A DNA stretch of 63,868 nt, filler included, from Reclinomonas americana ATCC 50394 (GCA_048213135.1; 16 parts of 16 records of this genome joined end to end with filler, not necessarily neighbours in it), one strand, 5' to 3'; positions 37,923 to 49,675 are shown, counted from the first letter of the whole stretch. The notes: a model not told the origin generated them from the sequence alone. Made by a program: numbers and translations.

Positions 37923-39138
37923 ATGAGGTTGCACTTGTTCTCGCTTCTCCTCCTGCTTGTGCACCTGTGTGTGCTGAGTGCAGGGTCGCCTGTTCAGCAG
38001 CGGATTGCAGGCGGCACAGCGGTCGCTGAGAACACAGAGTTCGTGTCGTATGTGGCCTTTGAGGTGTGCACGCTCTCTCCTTGTTCACCTCTCTCTCCGT
38101 CTCTCCCACTGACGCTCGTTTCCTCACAGCGTGTTGGCACACAACGGATCCGTTGCGGTGGTGTACTGATTGCACCTGATGCGGTATTGACAGCCGCACA
38201 CTGCTTCTCCAACGAGGCAGTCGCCGGTGCGCCGGGCTCGCTTAGTGCCTACACTGCGCGCCTGCAGTCCATGAACAACACGAGCACGCTGCGCGAGTTC
38301 ACTCCACATCCAGACAGCTCTTTCGACATTGGTGTGTGTGTCTTTGATAATGTTGCTGTTGGTGCTGAGACGCGTTGCTGACAGCCTTTTGTGCAGCCAT
38401 TGTGCGTTTGACAGAGTCTCTGGTACCACCAGAGCAAGACGCGCATCTGGCCAACTTGAATGCTCCCGGTACTCTGCTGCCTCCACGTCTCGACGACATG
38501 CACAGTGACGCGGTGAATGTGGTGGCGATTGGGCGCGGCTTCACCAGCGATCCTGTTGCGTCTCCATGTGCCTCTTGCATCTCACTGTGCGTGCACCTTG
38601 CGCTCACTGAGTGCTGCGCGCAGGATTTGCCCGGGAGCGAGCCCTCGTTGCATTTGCTGCGGCTCGACCACTTGCACTTGCTTCCGGTGGCTGGTTGCAG
38701 CTACCAAGAGGTGCGTGTATGTGTATGGATGTACGTGCGTCTAACACGCTGATTCACATGTCGCAGTACTACTTTTGTGTGGCCATGACCGGTGGCCACT
38801 CGACGTGCTCGGGCGACAGCGGAGGTCCGCTGTGGGCGCAGCAAGCTGGGCGCGCCGACGTAGTCCTCGGTGTTGCCTCTCGTGCCGACACATCGTGCGG
38901 TGTTCGAGACGGGGTGGCCATCTATACGCGCGTGGACGACGTGGCCGAGTGGATCGCCGCGTCGGTGCCAACTTCGCGTTTCCGACACTGGCTGACTGGC
39001 GAACAGTGGGCGCCACTCCGACCGCAAGAATCGACGCCGATGCTGCCGCGATGGCTGGCACTCACGCTAGTTGTTGTTCTCTCGGCTGTGCCATTCGCGG
39101 CCGTGGTCGCGCTGATCCGCGCGGTGAGAAGAAAGTAA
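37923..39138 (+). CDS. S1A (trypsin/chymotrypsin-fold) serine protease with signal peptide and C-terminal TM anchor; 5 exons
   Basis: Signal peptide, R-IAGG activation site, CGGVLI..VLTAAHC, FDI|AIVRL, TCSGDSGGPL, YTRV..WI, and a hydrophobic C-terminus followed by RRK. Confidence 0.95.
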
Positions 39139-39196
39139 ATCCCGCCGTCCCGCACATAACACACATTGTGATCTCGTCGTAAGTCGCGCGGAGAGC

Positions 39197-40553
39197 ATGA
39201 AACCGTCGTTTGGTTCAGGGCGCGGTCTTGCAGTGGCCTCTGGTGGCGATTCCGACGACGATGAAGACGAGCAACACGCGGGTGGCGGCATTCATGTGAC
39301 CGCGAGTGGAAGACAAGTGACTGCCACCGGCCTTCGTGTGAATGCGGCCAACGATGACAGTGCCGGAATCGGGGCCTCCAGCATGACTTCTGCGCTGAGG
39401 AAACCTCGGCATCGTATACACAGCAGATTAAGCGCGTGTGTGTGCTCGGCGTTGGTGCGCGCGTGTGAGTTGTCGAGAGGCATTCATGTTGATTGATTGA
39501 TTGATTGCTTGCTTGCTTGTGTCTGCAGCCCTTGCTTGCCAGTGCACTGCTCTTTGTGGGTATCTGCATTGTTGGGTTCGGCTGTGCAGTTGCGCCAAAC
39601 CCACAGCCTTCTGCGGTACCGCCCACTCTGTTCTGCTCCGCTGACACTGCGCGCTGTGTGCGTGCGCGCGTATGTGTGTGTACAGCGATTGATCACAGCA
39701 GACACCGCGGCCATTGTTCTTGGCGCTATCGCCTGTGGACTGGCTATCGGCGGCAATGCAATCGAGTGGCGAGCCATGCTTCATTCGGTGAGCAACAGTA
39801 GTCCTCCTTCTGCGGGGTCGGTGCCGAGCGGCACTCATCATTCACCTCTTTCTGTGCAGGTGCGGCCGGTTGTGTTCGAGTCGAGAGCCATGACTGTGGC
39901 GTGGAGGTTTGTCGCAGCGCCTCCTCTCCCCTCCCTCCGTAGCTATGTACATCTCACGCCTGCTCAACGATGCTGTGCAGCATCATTCTGGTGGCCGCCG
40001 TCTGCAATGCAACTGCTGCCATATTATTCAGTGTCGACCACGAACACTGGTGAGATCGCGTGGACGGCTACGTGTCTCCTTCTCTGTCCGAAGCACACTC
40101 ACTCGCTGAGCACGCGCAGCACCGTGTGGGCCCCTCTGCTGCTTCTATGGACATCGGCGATCATGTACGTGGTGCACATATGCATCCGGGCGGCCTCGTG
40201 GCTCACCTCCGACGGACTCGCCAGTGCCCAGTTCCGCAGCTGGAATCCCACCTCCCTCGCCTATCGGTTTGTGTGTATATGTTGCGCACTTGTGAAGGGC
40301 TGATCACTTCTCACTCTCCTCATTCATTGCGTACAGTTATCAGAGCGACTATCGTGTGGTGGCCACACAGCAACTGAACGCCTCTGCGCGGACCATCGCT
40401 ACCGCTGGAGGCGCCGTTGCATCTGAGGCGTCGCCTCTCGGCGCTGCACCAGCCGCAGCAGATCGACTTGGCACGCCTGCTGGCACCGGCGGCACCACAA
40501 GAACATGGATGAAGCCGCCAGCAGCCGCGGCAAAATCACCAACAGCGCGCTAG
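39197..40553 (+). CDS. Multi-exon small multi-pass membrane protein, unknown function
   Basis: Acidic N-terminus, then about four hydrophobic segments on phase-compatible exons. Stop at 40553. Confidence 0.6.
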
Positions 40554-40574
40554 TAAATCACCGCACATGTTGTC

Positions 40575-43500
40575 TTACGTGCGAAGCATGGTGTCGCCGC
40601 CGAGGCGTTCGCGCAGGAGATCCAGTGTGGCACCGGCCACCATGCGACACTCGTCTTGTGCATCGTCCGTGGTACGCAGACGGAGCGCCACGACGAGTGG
40701 CTCCAGCAGGTGATCCCAGTCTTGGGCGAGAAGGGCACGAGGTTTTGCATCCACGGCGCAGTGTAGCGCAGTGAGGCCTGCCAGTCGCACAGAGACGCGC
40801 TTATCGGCAAGCAAGAACAAGGCAAACTGCAGTCACACGCCGGTGAGAACACAGTCGACCACCAACACACACATCTCACTGGCCGCGCGCACCTCGGCCA
40901 ACTGATCGCACATGACGGACACGTTCGGTGCGTTGATGCAGCAGGCAACAAAGCATGTAAGCAAGCTGACAAGACGACTCAGCATGAGTCCGTCGTCGTC
41001 AAACGCCACGCTCCGATGATTGCTCTGATTCAGGAACTTGAAGAAGAGCACTGGCGCAATGCCTGCAAACTGATTGCGGAACACGGCCACCTCCTGGGGT
41101 CGGTGGACGCGGCGCATCGTCGTACGTCCGGTACTCGGTGCGCGCACTGCGCAGCGGCACCCACGTTACGAAGACGAGTAAAAGAAAATGATGGAGGAAT
41201 GCGCGACGCACATGCTGCGGAAACATGCTTCGGCTGCTCGACTCGCGTGCTGGCCAGTGCGGTGGCCGCCTCGGCCAGCACGGCGACAATGTCGAGCCTG
41301 TCTCCAGCATGCACCGACCGGGTGAAGAACTCGTCGGCCAGTAACCTACGAATGCACAACCGGGACCACGATGAGCACACGATCGCACACCAGCAGGTCA
41401 CACAGAGTGACAACTTACGCAACACCATAACACTGGCTGGGGCGGCAATGGCCAGTTCGACAAGAGCAGCGTGCTTGAGGGACGCAAACTCTTCGATGCC
41501 GAGATCCTCACGCACATGAATCAGGCGACGTGCGACACTGACGCCCATTTCCACGGCCTGATGTGTGTGTGCGTGGATAATATCAGGCAGCGCTTCCAGT
41601 GCCTGCTGCAGGCGATCGGCATCCTTGGTCTCTGCGAGCNNNNNNNNNNNNNNNNNNNNNNNNNNNNNNNNNNNNNNNNNNNNTTAATTAATTAANNNNN
41701 NNNNNNNNNNNNNNNNNNNNNNNNNNNNNNNNNNNNNNNGCCTCCAGTGCATCGCCCAGGTATCTAAGGCGACACAAGTGAATGTGAGCGACTCAACGCG
41801 GGCACAGGATGCGCGGGGGAGAAGCGGTCACGTACCGAAGTGGTGCAAGCCGACGCCTCGGATTGAGTGGATCCTCCGGCTCGCCGGTCACAGTCTCCGA
41901 CAAGGGCAGTGCATACGCCTCCAAGCTGTCCGTGTCGTCGTCATCATCGTCGTCACCACCATCGTCGGCACGCCTCCTACCCTCCTCAGCATCATCATCA
42001 TCATCATCTTCGCCATCATCATCATCGTCGTCATCGTCATCATCGTCGTCGTCATCATCGAACGGCTGCACCGAGTGGGGATCGTAGAGAGCGGACGGGT
42101 CGGCCAGCAAATCATCCAGTCTCGAAGCAAGGGGCTTGCGGACCCGGGCTACCGGCGGCGCAGCGGCGACCTCTGCCACCTGCACGGCAGCTGGCGACGG
42201 AGCTCGTGCAGTCGCATCTTTCTGCAGCAGAGCGAGTGTCGCATGAAACTCCTGCCACGCACTGTCGCCATCGGTCGCACCGCCGGAGGCGTGAAACTGC
42301 AGTGGCTGGGACGGGTTGACAAGCACGGAAAACAGCTCCGCAACAGCCATGGCATCTCCTCGACACGCCGTCAACGGGCTCTGCAGTCGAATGTGCACTC
42401 CCTCCAAAATGCCCTGCAGCGCACCGCCGACAGCATCCAGTTGCTTCCGCGTGATGCGAGTAAGCAGTGCACGGAGCAGGTGTACAAGTTCTGCAAGGCA
42501 CGTGGGGTGAATCGCAGAGCGCGGACGAAAGCCTCAAATTTTCATGCGCGTGCTTACGTTGTGAGGCGGTCGCAGAAGCGTGGCGAAGGAACTGAGCGTC
42601 GGCCCATGTTCGACAGATATTCGCCAATGCCGTCGACAGCAAGTCGCCGCCGTCCGACTCTGGTGCGAACAGGAGGACGTGGGTGAGGAACGCCCGCTGT
42701 TCGACCACGGGCAGCGAGCGATGTGCGACAAGGCGACTGGCCAGCAGGTCGCTAACAACGGAGCTACTGCGCGCGAGCGAACGCAGAAACCGCGGCGCCA
42801 CTGCATGCACGCACACACGAGGAAAGTCAGTGATGCGGAAGGAAAAAACGAGTTGCAGTCGCTCGCAACGATTGCATCGGACGTGCGGCGGGTGAGGTGA
42901 GTCACTGCGCACGCAGACCACTGTGTGAGAGAGTACACACGATCACACGGAAACACGCGCAGCACACGAACGAAAGCACACATACCGATGACTCGCGAGT
43001 GTCAGCAGTTGCACGACAAAGCTCTCCAGCGCCGCCTCACGCATCCGCACCACTCCGGCACACACAGTGAGGGGGTGTTCCAGTGTCGGAAGGAGTGCCA
43101 TGCACACTCTAGCAACTTCAGTGGCCGCCCCACGTAAGCATAGGCGACTAAGAAGCAGCACGACTTGCACTGCACGGTCACTCTCGTCTGCGGTGTCCAA
43201 CAGGAGGAGACACTGGCGAGCGACACGCTCGAACAGCTGAGCTTCGCTGAGAGGCTCCGAGATGGCATGACGCACGGCTACCGCGCGAACTCGATCGACC
43301 ACGCCCAACAGCGCCGACACAACCGGGTGATCGCCACCACCCACCCACAATTCCTGATCCAACAGCAGATGAGAGTGCGGCACCAGGCCGGGTAGTGGCA
43401 CAGCAACAACTGCAGCGTCTTCGTACCTCTCGTTCCACCAGCGCCTGTACCACCGCGCGTGTGTCCATCAGCTTGAGCAAGCAGGCGGCCAGGAATGCAC

Positions 43501-43642
43501 ACACTGCGCGAGGCCGACTCGTCGTTTGACTCTCCTCCTCTGCTCGCTCGCCACCCTCCCCCTCGCCGTCGTCGTCATCGTCGTCAACATTGTCGCCTTC
43601 CAGTTCGAGAAGATCGGGAGGCAGCTTGTCTGTGTCGCTCAT
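40575..43642 (-). CDS. TEL2: Telomere length regulation protein TEL2/TELO2 (TTT complex), multi-exon, spans linker 41640
   Basis: IRLQSP..RGDAMAVAE, acidic tract then DSLEAYAL, LRYLGDAL, HAALVELAI..P, DRLDIVAVLAEAA, NQFAGIAPVLFF, DAQDECRMVA. Confidence 0.85.
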
Positions 43643-44221
43643 CGTCGCCGCCAACTCGCCAAACAACTGCAATCCACATGAGACTCCGCCTCTCGCTCTC
43701 TCTCTCTCTCTGTTTGACGGACGGCGGTTCTCACCGCGGGATCCGTGAGACACGCGACACTCTCCACCAGCCACTCATCACGCGCAAGACGCACAAAGAA
43801 GCGCGCAAGACGATTGCGCAAACGCACTTGTCTCACGGCCACCGAGGCGCACGCGCGCAAAACAAGCCGACCCACGCGCAGGTACTGCTCGCGGCTCGCG
43901 TTCTCGGCCTACCGTCACCACCACCACCGCAGCAACAGAGGGAAAAAGTCAGCACACAGCACAGCGCTTTCTTTCATCGTCACCATGAACTGACCAGTGG
44001 CGTGCATGCCACCACGCACTCTTCCGCAGCGCGCAGTGCCTCCAAGCTCAGTGTGGTGGTGTGCGCTGCCTCCTTGGTCGCCAGCAGCGCGCGTTGGCAA
44101 GCCGCAATCGCCGCTGTCGCATCCATCAACGAAACTCAAAAAGTGTGTATGTATGTATGTATACAGGACGCGCGTCGTCTCTGTTGTTTTTGAAATGTTC
44201 ATTCTCTCCGTCTCTGTCTCT

Positions 44222-44588
44222 CTACAGCTCCATGCCGGGTTGTTGTGTGAGGAGCACACCAAAGCGACGCTTGTTGGCCACACGTGCGGCGCTCCATCGA
44301 TCATCAGGGCTGAAGCGAGCTGCGCGTGTTTCTCAGTGACATATGGGGGGGGGAGGCAAAAACAGGGAGAAGACAACGAATGGCGAGACACGCAACCGGG
44401 GTGTGCTGACTTGGTGGGTGTGCCATCGGGCGCCACTTTCTGCGTGTGTAGGCCATGGACATCACATCAACAACAGACACGCGCACGGGAGAGCGGAGGA
44501 GAGGGAGAGAAGGGGAGGGGGAGAGTTTGTTAACCTTCAGTGTGTAGACGCGTTCGCCTTGCGGCCCCAGATAGTACATCAAGTGCAT
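44222..44588 (-). CDS. NOP10: H/ACA RNP subunit NOP10; exons 44588-44535, 44439-44397, 44319-44222
   Basis: Spliced product [64 protein letters not shown]. Confidence 0.97.
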
Positions 44589-44813
44589 TTCTCTTCCTCG
44601 CTCTGTCAAAAAAATGCAACGAAAGGACCGACGTCGACGATCGACGGCGAGGTGGCTCTTTTTACCATCGTCGTCTCTAGATGCTACCTGCCTCCCTCCC
44701 TGCCTGCCTGCCTNNNNNNNNNNNNNNNNNNNNNNNNNNNNNNNNNNNNNNNNNNNNTTAATTAATTAANNNNNNNNNNNNNNNNNNNNNNNNNNNNNNN
44801 NNNNNNNNNNNNN

Positions 44814-44960
44814 ATCCTGCTGCAGAATCCGGGCGGAGCACCCAGCCCACCGCCGTGATCGAAGGCCGGAAACTCTACCTTCCGGCGATCCAGCAAGTGG
44901 TCTCGGATCACGAAACCCAGGACTCTCCCTCAGACCGGAGGAGAAAAGGGTCTCAGGTCA
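44814..44960 (+). mobile_element. Probable right end of an IS3-family (IS407-group-like) element
   Basis: Ends in GGAGGAGAAAAGGGTCTCAGGTCA, which resembles IS3-family ...CA termini. The rest is cut by the contig start. Confidence 0.4.
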
Positions 44961-45110
44961 GCGGTAATCAATCCGCGGATGAGAGCGTGATCAATCGTCG
45001 TCCGATCGGATCGCGGCACTCCAGTCAAGTTGAAATCATACCCCGTCGAGATAAACTCGGCGATGGCTTTCCGTGCGTTCCCACGCCCATGACGATCATG
45101 AGAGCGTTGT

Positions 45111-46568
45111 TTAGCGTACTTTCAACGCGATGCCCTCAATCTGCCGCTGATGATCAGCTTGACCGGCTGACTTGCCAAAAGAGGAACCACTCGGATGGGC
45201 TCCGGTATCGCCCACTTTCGACATGGTGATCGTGACGCATAGACCGCCGGTCGCGCGGTTGGCCAATTTGATCTGCCCACCGTGAGTTTGGATCACGGAT
45301 CCTGCGATGGTGAGCCCCAAGCCGGTGCCGCCAGTCTGGCGGCCACGGGATTCCTCAAGCCGAACGAAAGGATGAAACACACGCTCCATATCGGCTTCCG
45401 GAATGCCGGGCCCTTCGTCCTCGACCGTGATGACGAGTTGGTCATTGGCCTCGGCAATCATGACACTGGCTGTCTCACCATATTTGATGGCATTGCCGAC
45501 GATGTTGGAAAAGGCGCGCTTCAGGGACAGCATGCGTCCCAGAACCGGGGCGGCTGTAAGCTCTGTCAGCGCGACGCGGTGCCCTTGGTCAATATGATCG
45601 TCGACGATCGTCTCGATGACCGAGGCAAGGTCAATCCGTCGGATCGCCTCGCTAGAGATTCCACCGCGCAGATATTCGAGCGTCGAGTCGATCATAGCTT
45701 CCATCTCACCGAGATCGGCATCGATGAGAACACGCGTGGCCTCATCGTCCAAGAGTTCGGAGCGGAGCCTGAGGCGCGTGATCGGGGTACGTAGGTCGTG
45801 CGAGACCGCGGCCATGGCTTGCATGCGCTCGGTGACGAGGCGCTGGATGCGTTCGCGCATGGTGTTGAAAGCGCGGGCAGCCCGGCGAACCTCAATGGGA
45901 CCGTTCTCGGGAAGTGGCTGGGGCGTCTGATCGAGGCTGAAGCGCTCGGCCGCAATGGCGAGATCTCGCAGCGGTCGCGTCGCCCAGCGGAGCAGCAACA
46001 AGGCGACAACAACGATTCCGACGCCAAAGCAGATGGTGATCGCGACCACACTCCAGTCGATATGCTGGCTTGCCCCGAGGGTGGAGGAGGAGAAGTTCAC
46101 CCAGGAGCCGTCGGCCAGCCGCACCGAGACCAGCATCATGTGCCGATAGGCATCAGCCTTTCCGCTCCCCAGAGCTCCGTCATCCGCAAAGCCGACCCGG
46201 TATGACTCTGTGGCGAGTTCGGGAGCAAGCTCCTTGAGCCGCGCCTCCATCACCTTGGCTCGCTTCGTCGCCTGCGCGTTGCCGAGCACCAGGCTGACCA
46301 TGCTCCAATGAACCTCAAGGCTGGCGCTCGACAGATCATGCGCGACGCGATCGCGCTCCGGCGCGTCAGGAGTGCTCGCGATCGCTCGCTTGATCGAGAC
46401 GACGCGCTCGGCAAGGCCGCGGTCGCGCGACGCCGTCGCGAGGCTCTCGAAGCCGACACGAAAGGCCCAGAAGCCGAGCAGGTGAAAAGCCAGGAGCGCC
46501 GCGACCAGGATCAGGATGGCGCGGCTCGCAACGGTGTCAGGCCAGACTCGTTGGGTGAGCGTCTTCAA
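45111..46568 (-). CDS. EnvZ-like sensor histidine kinase (2 TM, HAMP, HisKA, HATPase)
   Basis: AVSHDLRTP (H box), NIVGNAIKYG, VEDEGPGI, FHPFVR, GTGLGLTIA. Confidence 0.96.
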   Translation of the reverse strand: MKTLTQRVWPDTVASRAILILVAALLAFHLLGFWAFRVGFESLATASRDRGLAERVVSIKRAIASTPDAPERDRVAHDLSSASLEVHWSMVSLVLGNAQATKRAKVMEARLKELAPELATESYRVGFADDGALGSGKADAYRHMMLVSVRLADGSWVNFSSSTLGASQHIDWSVVAITICFGVGIVVVALLLLRWATRPLRDLAIAAERFSLDQTPQPLPENGPIEVRRAARAFNTMRERIQRLVTERMQAMAAVSHDLRTPITRLRLRSELLDDEATRVLIDADLGEMEAMIDSTLEYLRGGISSEAIRRIDLASVIETIVDDHIDQGHRVALTELTAAPVLGRMLSLKRAFSNIVGNAIKYGETASVMIAEANDQLVITVEDEGPGIPEADMERVFHPFVRLEESRGRQTGGTGLGLTIAGSVIQTHGGQIKLANRATGGLCVTITMSKVGDTGAHPSGSSFGKSAGQADHQRQIEGIALKVR

Positions 46569-46835
46569 ACGGAATGACCTTCCCGCACGCGGACGTCGGA
46601 CGCAAACAAATAGCCGGAGCCACGAACGGTTTTTATCAGGTGACCACCATTCGTCACGGCTTCAAGCTTGCGGCGCAGGCGGCTGATCTGGACGTCGATC
46701 GTGCGATCGAAGTGGGCGCCGCTGGTCCGGGCCTTGGCGAACTGCATCAAGCTTTCTCGCGACAGGACGCGGTTGGCATGTTCGGCGAAGGCAACGAGCA
46801 GGTCGAACTCACCGGGTTGAGGAGGTCGATCAGCG
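46565..46835 (-). CDS. OmpR-family response regulator, C-terminal winged-helix fragment (5' cut by contig end)
   Basis: GEFDLLVAFAEHANRVLSRE..DRTIDVQISRLRRKLE..IKTVRGSGY. The stop overlaps the kinase start. Confidence 0.93.
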
Positions 46836-46936
46836 NNNNNNNNNNNNNNNNNNNNNNNNNNNNNNNNNNNNNNNNNNNNTTAATTAATTAANNNNNNNNN
46901 NNNNNNNNNNNNNNNNNNNNNNNNNNNNNNNNNNNG

Positions 46937-47026
46937 AAGGGACTGAAGGCCGGCGACAAGATCAAGTTCGACGCCGATCGCGTCAACGGCCAGATCACCG
47001 TCACCAAGCTCCAGAAGACCAAGTGA
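46937..47026 (+). CDS. cusF: C-terminus of a CusF-like copper-binding periplasmic protein
   Basis: KGLKAGDKIKFDADRVNGQITVTKLQKTK* fits the CusF OB-fold end. Fragment only. Confidence 0.75.
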   Translation, partial: KGLKAGDKIKFDADRVNGQITVTKLQKTK

Positions 47027-47032
47027 TGCTCC

Positions 47033-47065
47033 CATGCGGCAAGGCGCAAGTCGCCTTGCCGCATG
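47033..47065 (+). terminator. Perfect 14-bp hairpin immediately after cusF (terminator or stability element; no U-tract)
   Basis: CATGCGGCAAGGCG-CAAGT-CGCCTTGCCGCATG. Confidence 0.6.
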
Positions 47066-47252
47066 CAGGTGCCGATGCCGGCAAGCCGACCTAGCAAAAT
47101 CTCCGAGTACCCTGTCGCAGGAGCCTCGACGCTCAAATGCCGATGAATCCGGCATGGGGCGGTGAGAGCTCGCCTTAGCCCCTGCGCCTTGTGTCCTCCT
47201 TGCCGCCACGGACCTGCCGTGGCGTGCAGACAGATTGGTTGAAAGGCGAGCC

Positions 47253-47498
47253 ATGCGATTGGTCTTGCTGGCTATTCCCGCCACCCTCGTTGCCGTTCAC
47301 GTGCAGGCCGATGATGGTGATCTGCAGCGCGCGCTTGTCGAAGCGTCCTGCCCCCTTGCCAAAGTCACGCGCCTTAAACCGATTGGCCAGAGTGAGGTCT
47401 ACGAAGCGAACTGCTTCGGTAGGCGTTTCAAGATCGTCTGCTCGAACGAACGCTGCTCGGCCGATCATCCAGCTCATAGTCGGGATGATCCCGAATGA
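47253..47498 (+). CDS. Small exported four-Cys hypothetical protein
   Basis: Signal peptide ending VQA, four Cys, ATGA overlap with the next ORF. Confidence 0.6.
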   Translation: MRLVLLAIPATLVAVHVQADDGDLQRALVEASCPLAKVTRLKPIGQSEVYEANCFGRRFKIVCSNERCSADHPAHSRDDPE

Positions 47499-47926
47499 AA
47501 TCGTACCCAGCAAAGCTCAGCAATCTCGGCAAAGGTCTTTGCAGGACCAAATTCCGCTCGAAGCGATTTCGCATGAGCACGTTGTGGTCGCTGTGGGCTG
47601 TATCGACGTTGTGTCTCGGCCAAGCCGAAGCACAGACGGTCAACATCGTCGGAATTGGCGCCTCAAGCTGTCAGTATTTCCTGCGAGAGACCAATGGCAG
47701 GCCGGATGTCGAAAAGAATTTCTTCGCGTGGGCACAGGGCTACATGAGCGGTTTGCTGTGGAGGGCGCCTCCCGGGAAGGATGAAAATCTGGATCTCATG
47801 CCAGAGGCCTATCCGCTTCTCAAACAGGCCGAGTTCTTGCGGAACTTCTGCGAACGCAATCCCGGTTCCGATTATAGTGATGGAGTGACCGAACTCTATT
47901 TCACCCTGCGTGCGCCCCCAAGCTAG
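47495..47926 (+). CDS. Exported HdeA/HdeB-like protein
   Basis: Signal peptide (AEA), G.G..SC.....WAQGYMSG...FCERNP pattern. The start may be the ATG at 47573. Confidence 0.55.
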   Translation: MKSYPAKLSNLGKGLCRTKFRSKRFRMSTLWSLWAVSTLCLGQAEAQTVNIVGIGASSCQYFLRETNGRPDVEKNFFAWAQGYMSGLLWRAPPGKDENLDLMPEAYPLLKQAEFLRNFCERNPGSDYSDGVTELYFTLRAPPS

Positions 47927-48050
47927 GACGCGTAACAGATCCAAGCAAAAGCCGGTGGCGTGGATCAGGAATTCATCGCGCTACCAAATGTTGAGTCGAA
48001 AAGACGTGAACTCTACAATTCAATTTATCCATGACCTTGGTCACCGGATC

Positions 48051-48427
48051 ATGGAGCTTGATTACCCGCATGGTCATTGGGTGATCAACATTGCGGCGGC
48101 ACTGTTGTTTGTCGTCGCGCCCGCATGGACGCTATGGATTGCTGTCCGTTTTTTTCTTCGGCGCTTCTATGGCAAGCGCCGTCGGCACGCGCGTTTGCAA
48201 GCGGCGACTATGCGCGCCGCCCATCGCCCGAACGTCGGCGACCGTGCCCGTTCGCTCAAGGCATACATCCTACGCGCTACGGCAAAGCCACAGGCGAAAC
48301 TCGTGATCATTTCGATCATGACCCTGCCAACGGCATGGCTTCTGCTCGAGATACCCAAGCACATCATCAATCACGCTCTCGCCGATGCCAGCGATAGCGG
48401 CCACGTGGAGATGACCTTCCTAGTGGA
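48051..48427 (+). CDS. N-terminal fragment of an ABC transporter transmembrane/ATP-binding protein
   Basis: SLKAYILRAT..Q..L....TLP....LEIPKHIINHAL. Cut by the contig end. Confidence 0.6.
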
Positions 48428-48528
48428 NNNNNNNNNNNNNNNNNNNNNNNNNNNNNNNNNNNNNNNNNNNNTTAATTAATTAANNNNNNNNNNNNNNNNN
48501 NNNNNNNNNNNNNNNNNNNNNNNNNNNG

Positions 48529-48636
48529 GCGATCTACGGCCTGATCAAGGGCTGGCGTCTTCTACCCGCCGAGGAAACCGACAGCGCGGCAGTCCAGCCT
48601 ATGCAGGTGCACCGGCAAGCTGCGGTCGTTGAATGA
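48529..48636 (+). CDS. cusA: C-terminus of a CusA/CzcA-type heavy-metal RND permease
   Basis: AIYGLIKGWRL... resembles the end of TM12 in CusA, in a copper-gene context. Fragment only. Confidence 0.6.
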   Translation, partial: AIYGLIKGWRLLPAEETDSAAVQPMQVHRQAAVVE

Positions 48637-48655
48637 TGAACGGAGTAGCTGGAGC

Positions 48656-48733
48656 ATGGGGACTTTGCACTGGCTCGGCGTCGCCGTGCTGTTGGCGATC
48701 GCCGCCTTAGTCAAATACGTCTTCTTTCGGTGA
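48656..48733 (+). CDS. 25-aa single-TM peptide, missing from the ORF track
   Basis: MGTLHWLGVAVLLAIAALVKYVFFR*. An out-of-frame ATGATG overlapping the cusA stop suggests an originally longer N-terminus. Confidence 0.5.
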   Translation: MGTLHWLGVAVLLAIAALVKYVFFR

Positions 48734-48819
48734 AGGCGCGGCAAGTACAACCGGAAGGGCGCGGTCGAGATTGAAGGAGAGCGAACACGCAGGACGGTAT
48801 TTCATCGACCCGCCGTGGG

Positions 48820-49266
48820 TTGATGATCGGAGCGGCGCAAGCCTTCACGGCCCTGGCGCTGGCCGGAACGGCGGCAGCGACGGAAACACTGCCGAAGATG
48901 ACCGTGACCCGCGATCCGAATTGCGGTTGTTGCGGCAGTTGGGTCGAGCATATCAAGGCCGCCGGTTTTCCGGTCGATGTGGTCCAGGTCGACGACGTAA
49001 TTCCACTCAAGGCCAAGCTTGGCGTACCGGAGACTCTGATGTCGTGCCACACGGCCGAGATTGGCGGTTATTTCATTGAAGGGCATGTCCCGGCCGAGGC
49101 GGTGAAGCGGCTGCTCATCGAGCGCCCGAGGGCGATCGGCCTCGCGGTTCCCGGCATGCCGGTCGGCTCGCCAGGCATGGAGGTGCCTGGTCAAGCGCCG
49201 CAGAGCCATTTTTCGGCCGGCAAGCAGCACGCGTTTGCGCGCTACCGAGGGCTTCAGCAAATCTGA
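48820..49266 (+). CDS. DUF411 (CopG-like) periplasmic metal-binding protein
   Basis: PNCGCCGSWVEH, SCHTA, IEGHVPA, GLAVPGMPVGSPGME. A Tat-like TRRGL lies upstream without a start codon. Confidence 0.9.
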   Translation: MMIGAAQAFTALALAGTAAATETLPKMTVTRDPNCGCCGSWVEHIKAAGFPVDVVQVDDVIPLKAKLGVPETLMSCHTAEIGGYFIEGHVPAEAVKRLLIERPRAIGLAVPGMPVGSPGMEVPGQAPQSHFSAGKQHAFARYRGLQQI

Positions 49267-49323
49267 TCTGGTCCAGGAGGGAGCGGAGGCCGGGCGCTAT
49301 GCTCGCCCGGCTGAAGGTTCGCG

Positions 49324-49675
49324 TCATTGCTTCGCAGCGCAGACGACGCGGGTTTTTTTCCATGTAGAGCCCGCCCTCGCGCTTGGAGATTTCAAACGCG
49401 CGCTGAAGGCCGCTGTCGAAGGTCACGACCACCGCGCTATCGTCCAGCGTGAAGGTTCCGCTGCTTTGCCAGAAACCGTCATATGAGAAGCGCCCATCGT
49501 TATCGAAGGTGAAGCGCGCTCCTCCTGCTGTCGCGCAGACCTTGCCGTTGATCGCGCTGGTAATTTCCTTAGCGCCCGGGGCCATGTTGGCACGGTGGGC
49601 TACCGCGGGTTCGATCTGAGCCAAGAGAAGCAAGCTCATCGTCGACAGGGCGACTTGGCGGGACACCCTCATCAT
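49324..49675 (-). CDS. Exported hypothetical protein with a probable one-base excess in an A7 run
   Basis: Signal peptide (AVA). Removing one A at ~49353-49359 gives ...MEKTRVVCAAKQ* (stop 49324), restoring a second Cys and removing the overlap with DUF411. Confidence 0.55.
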
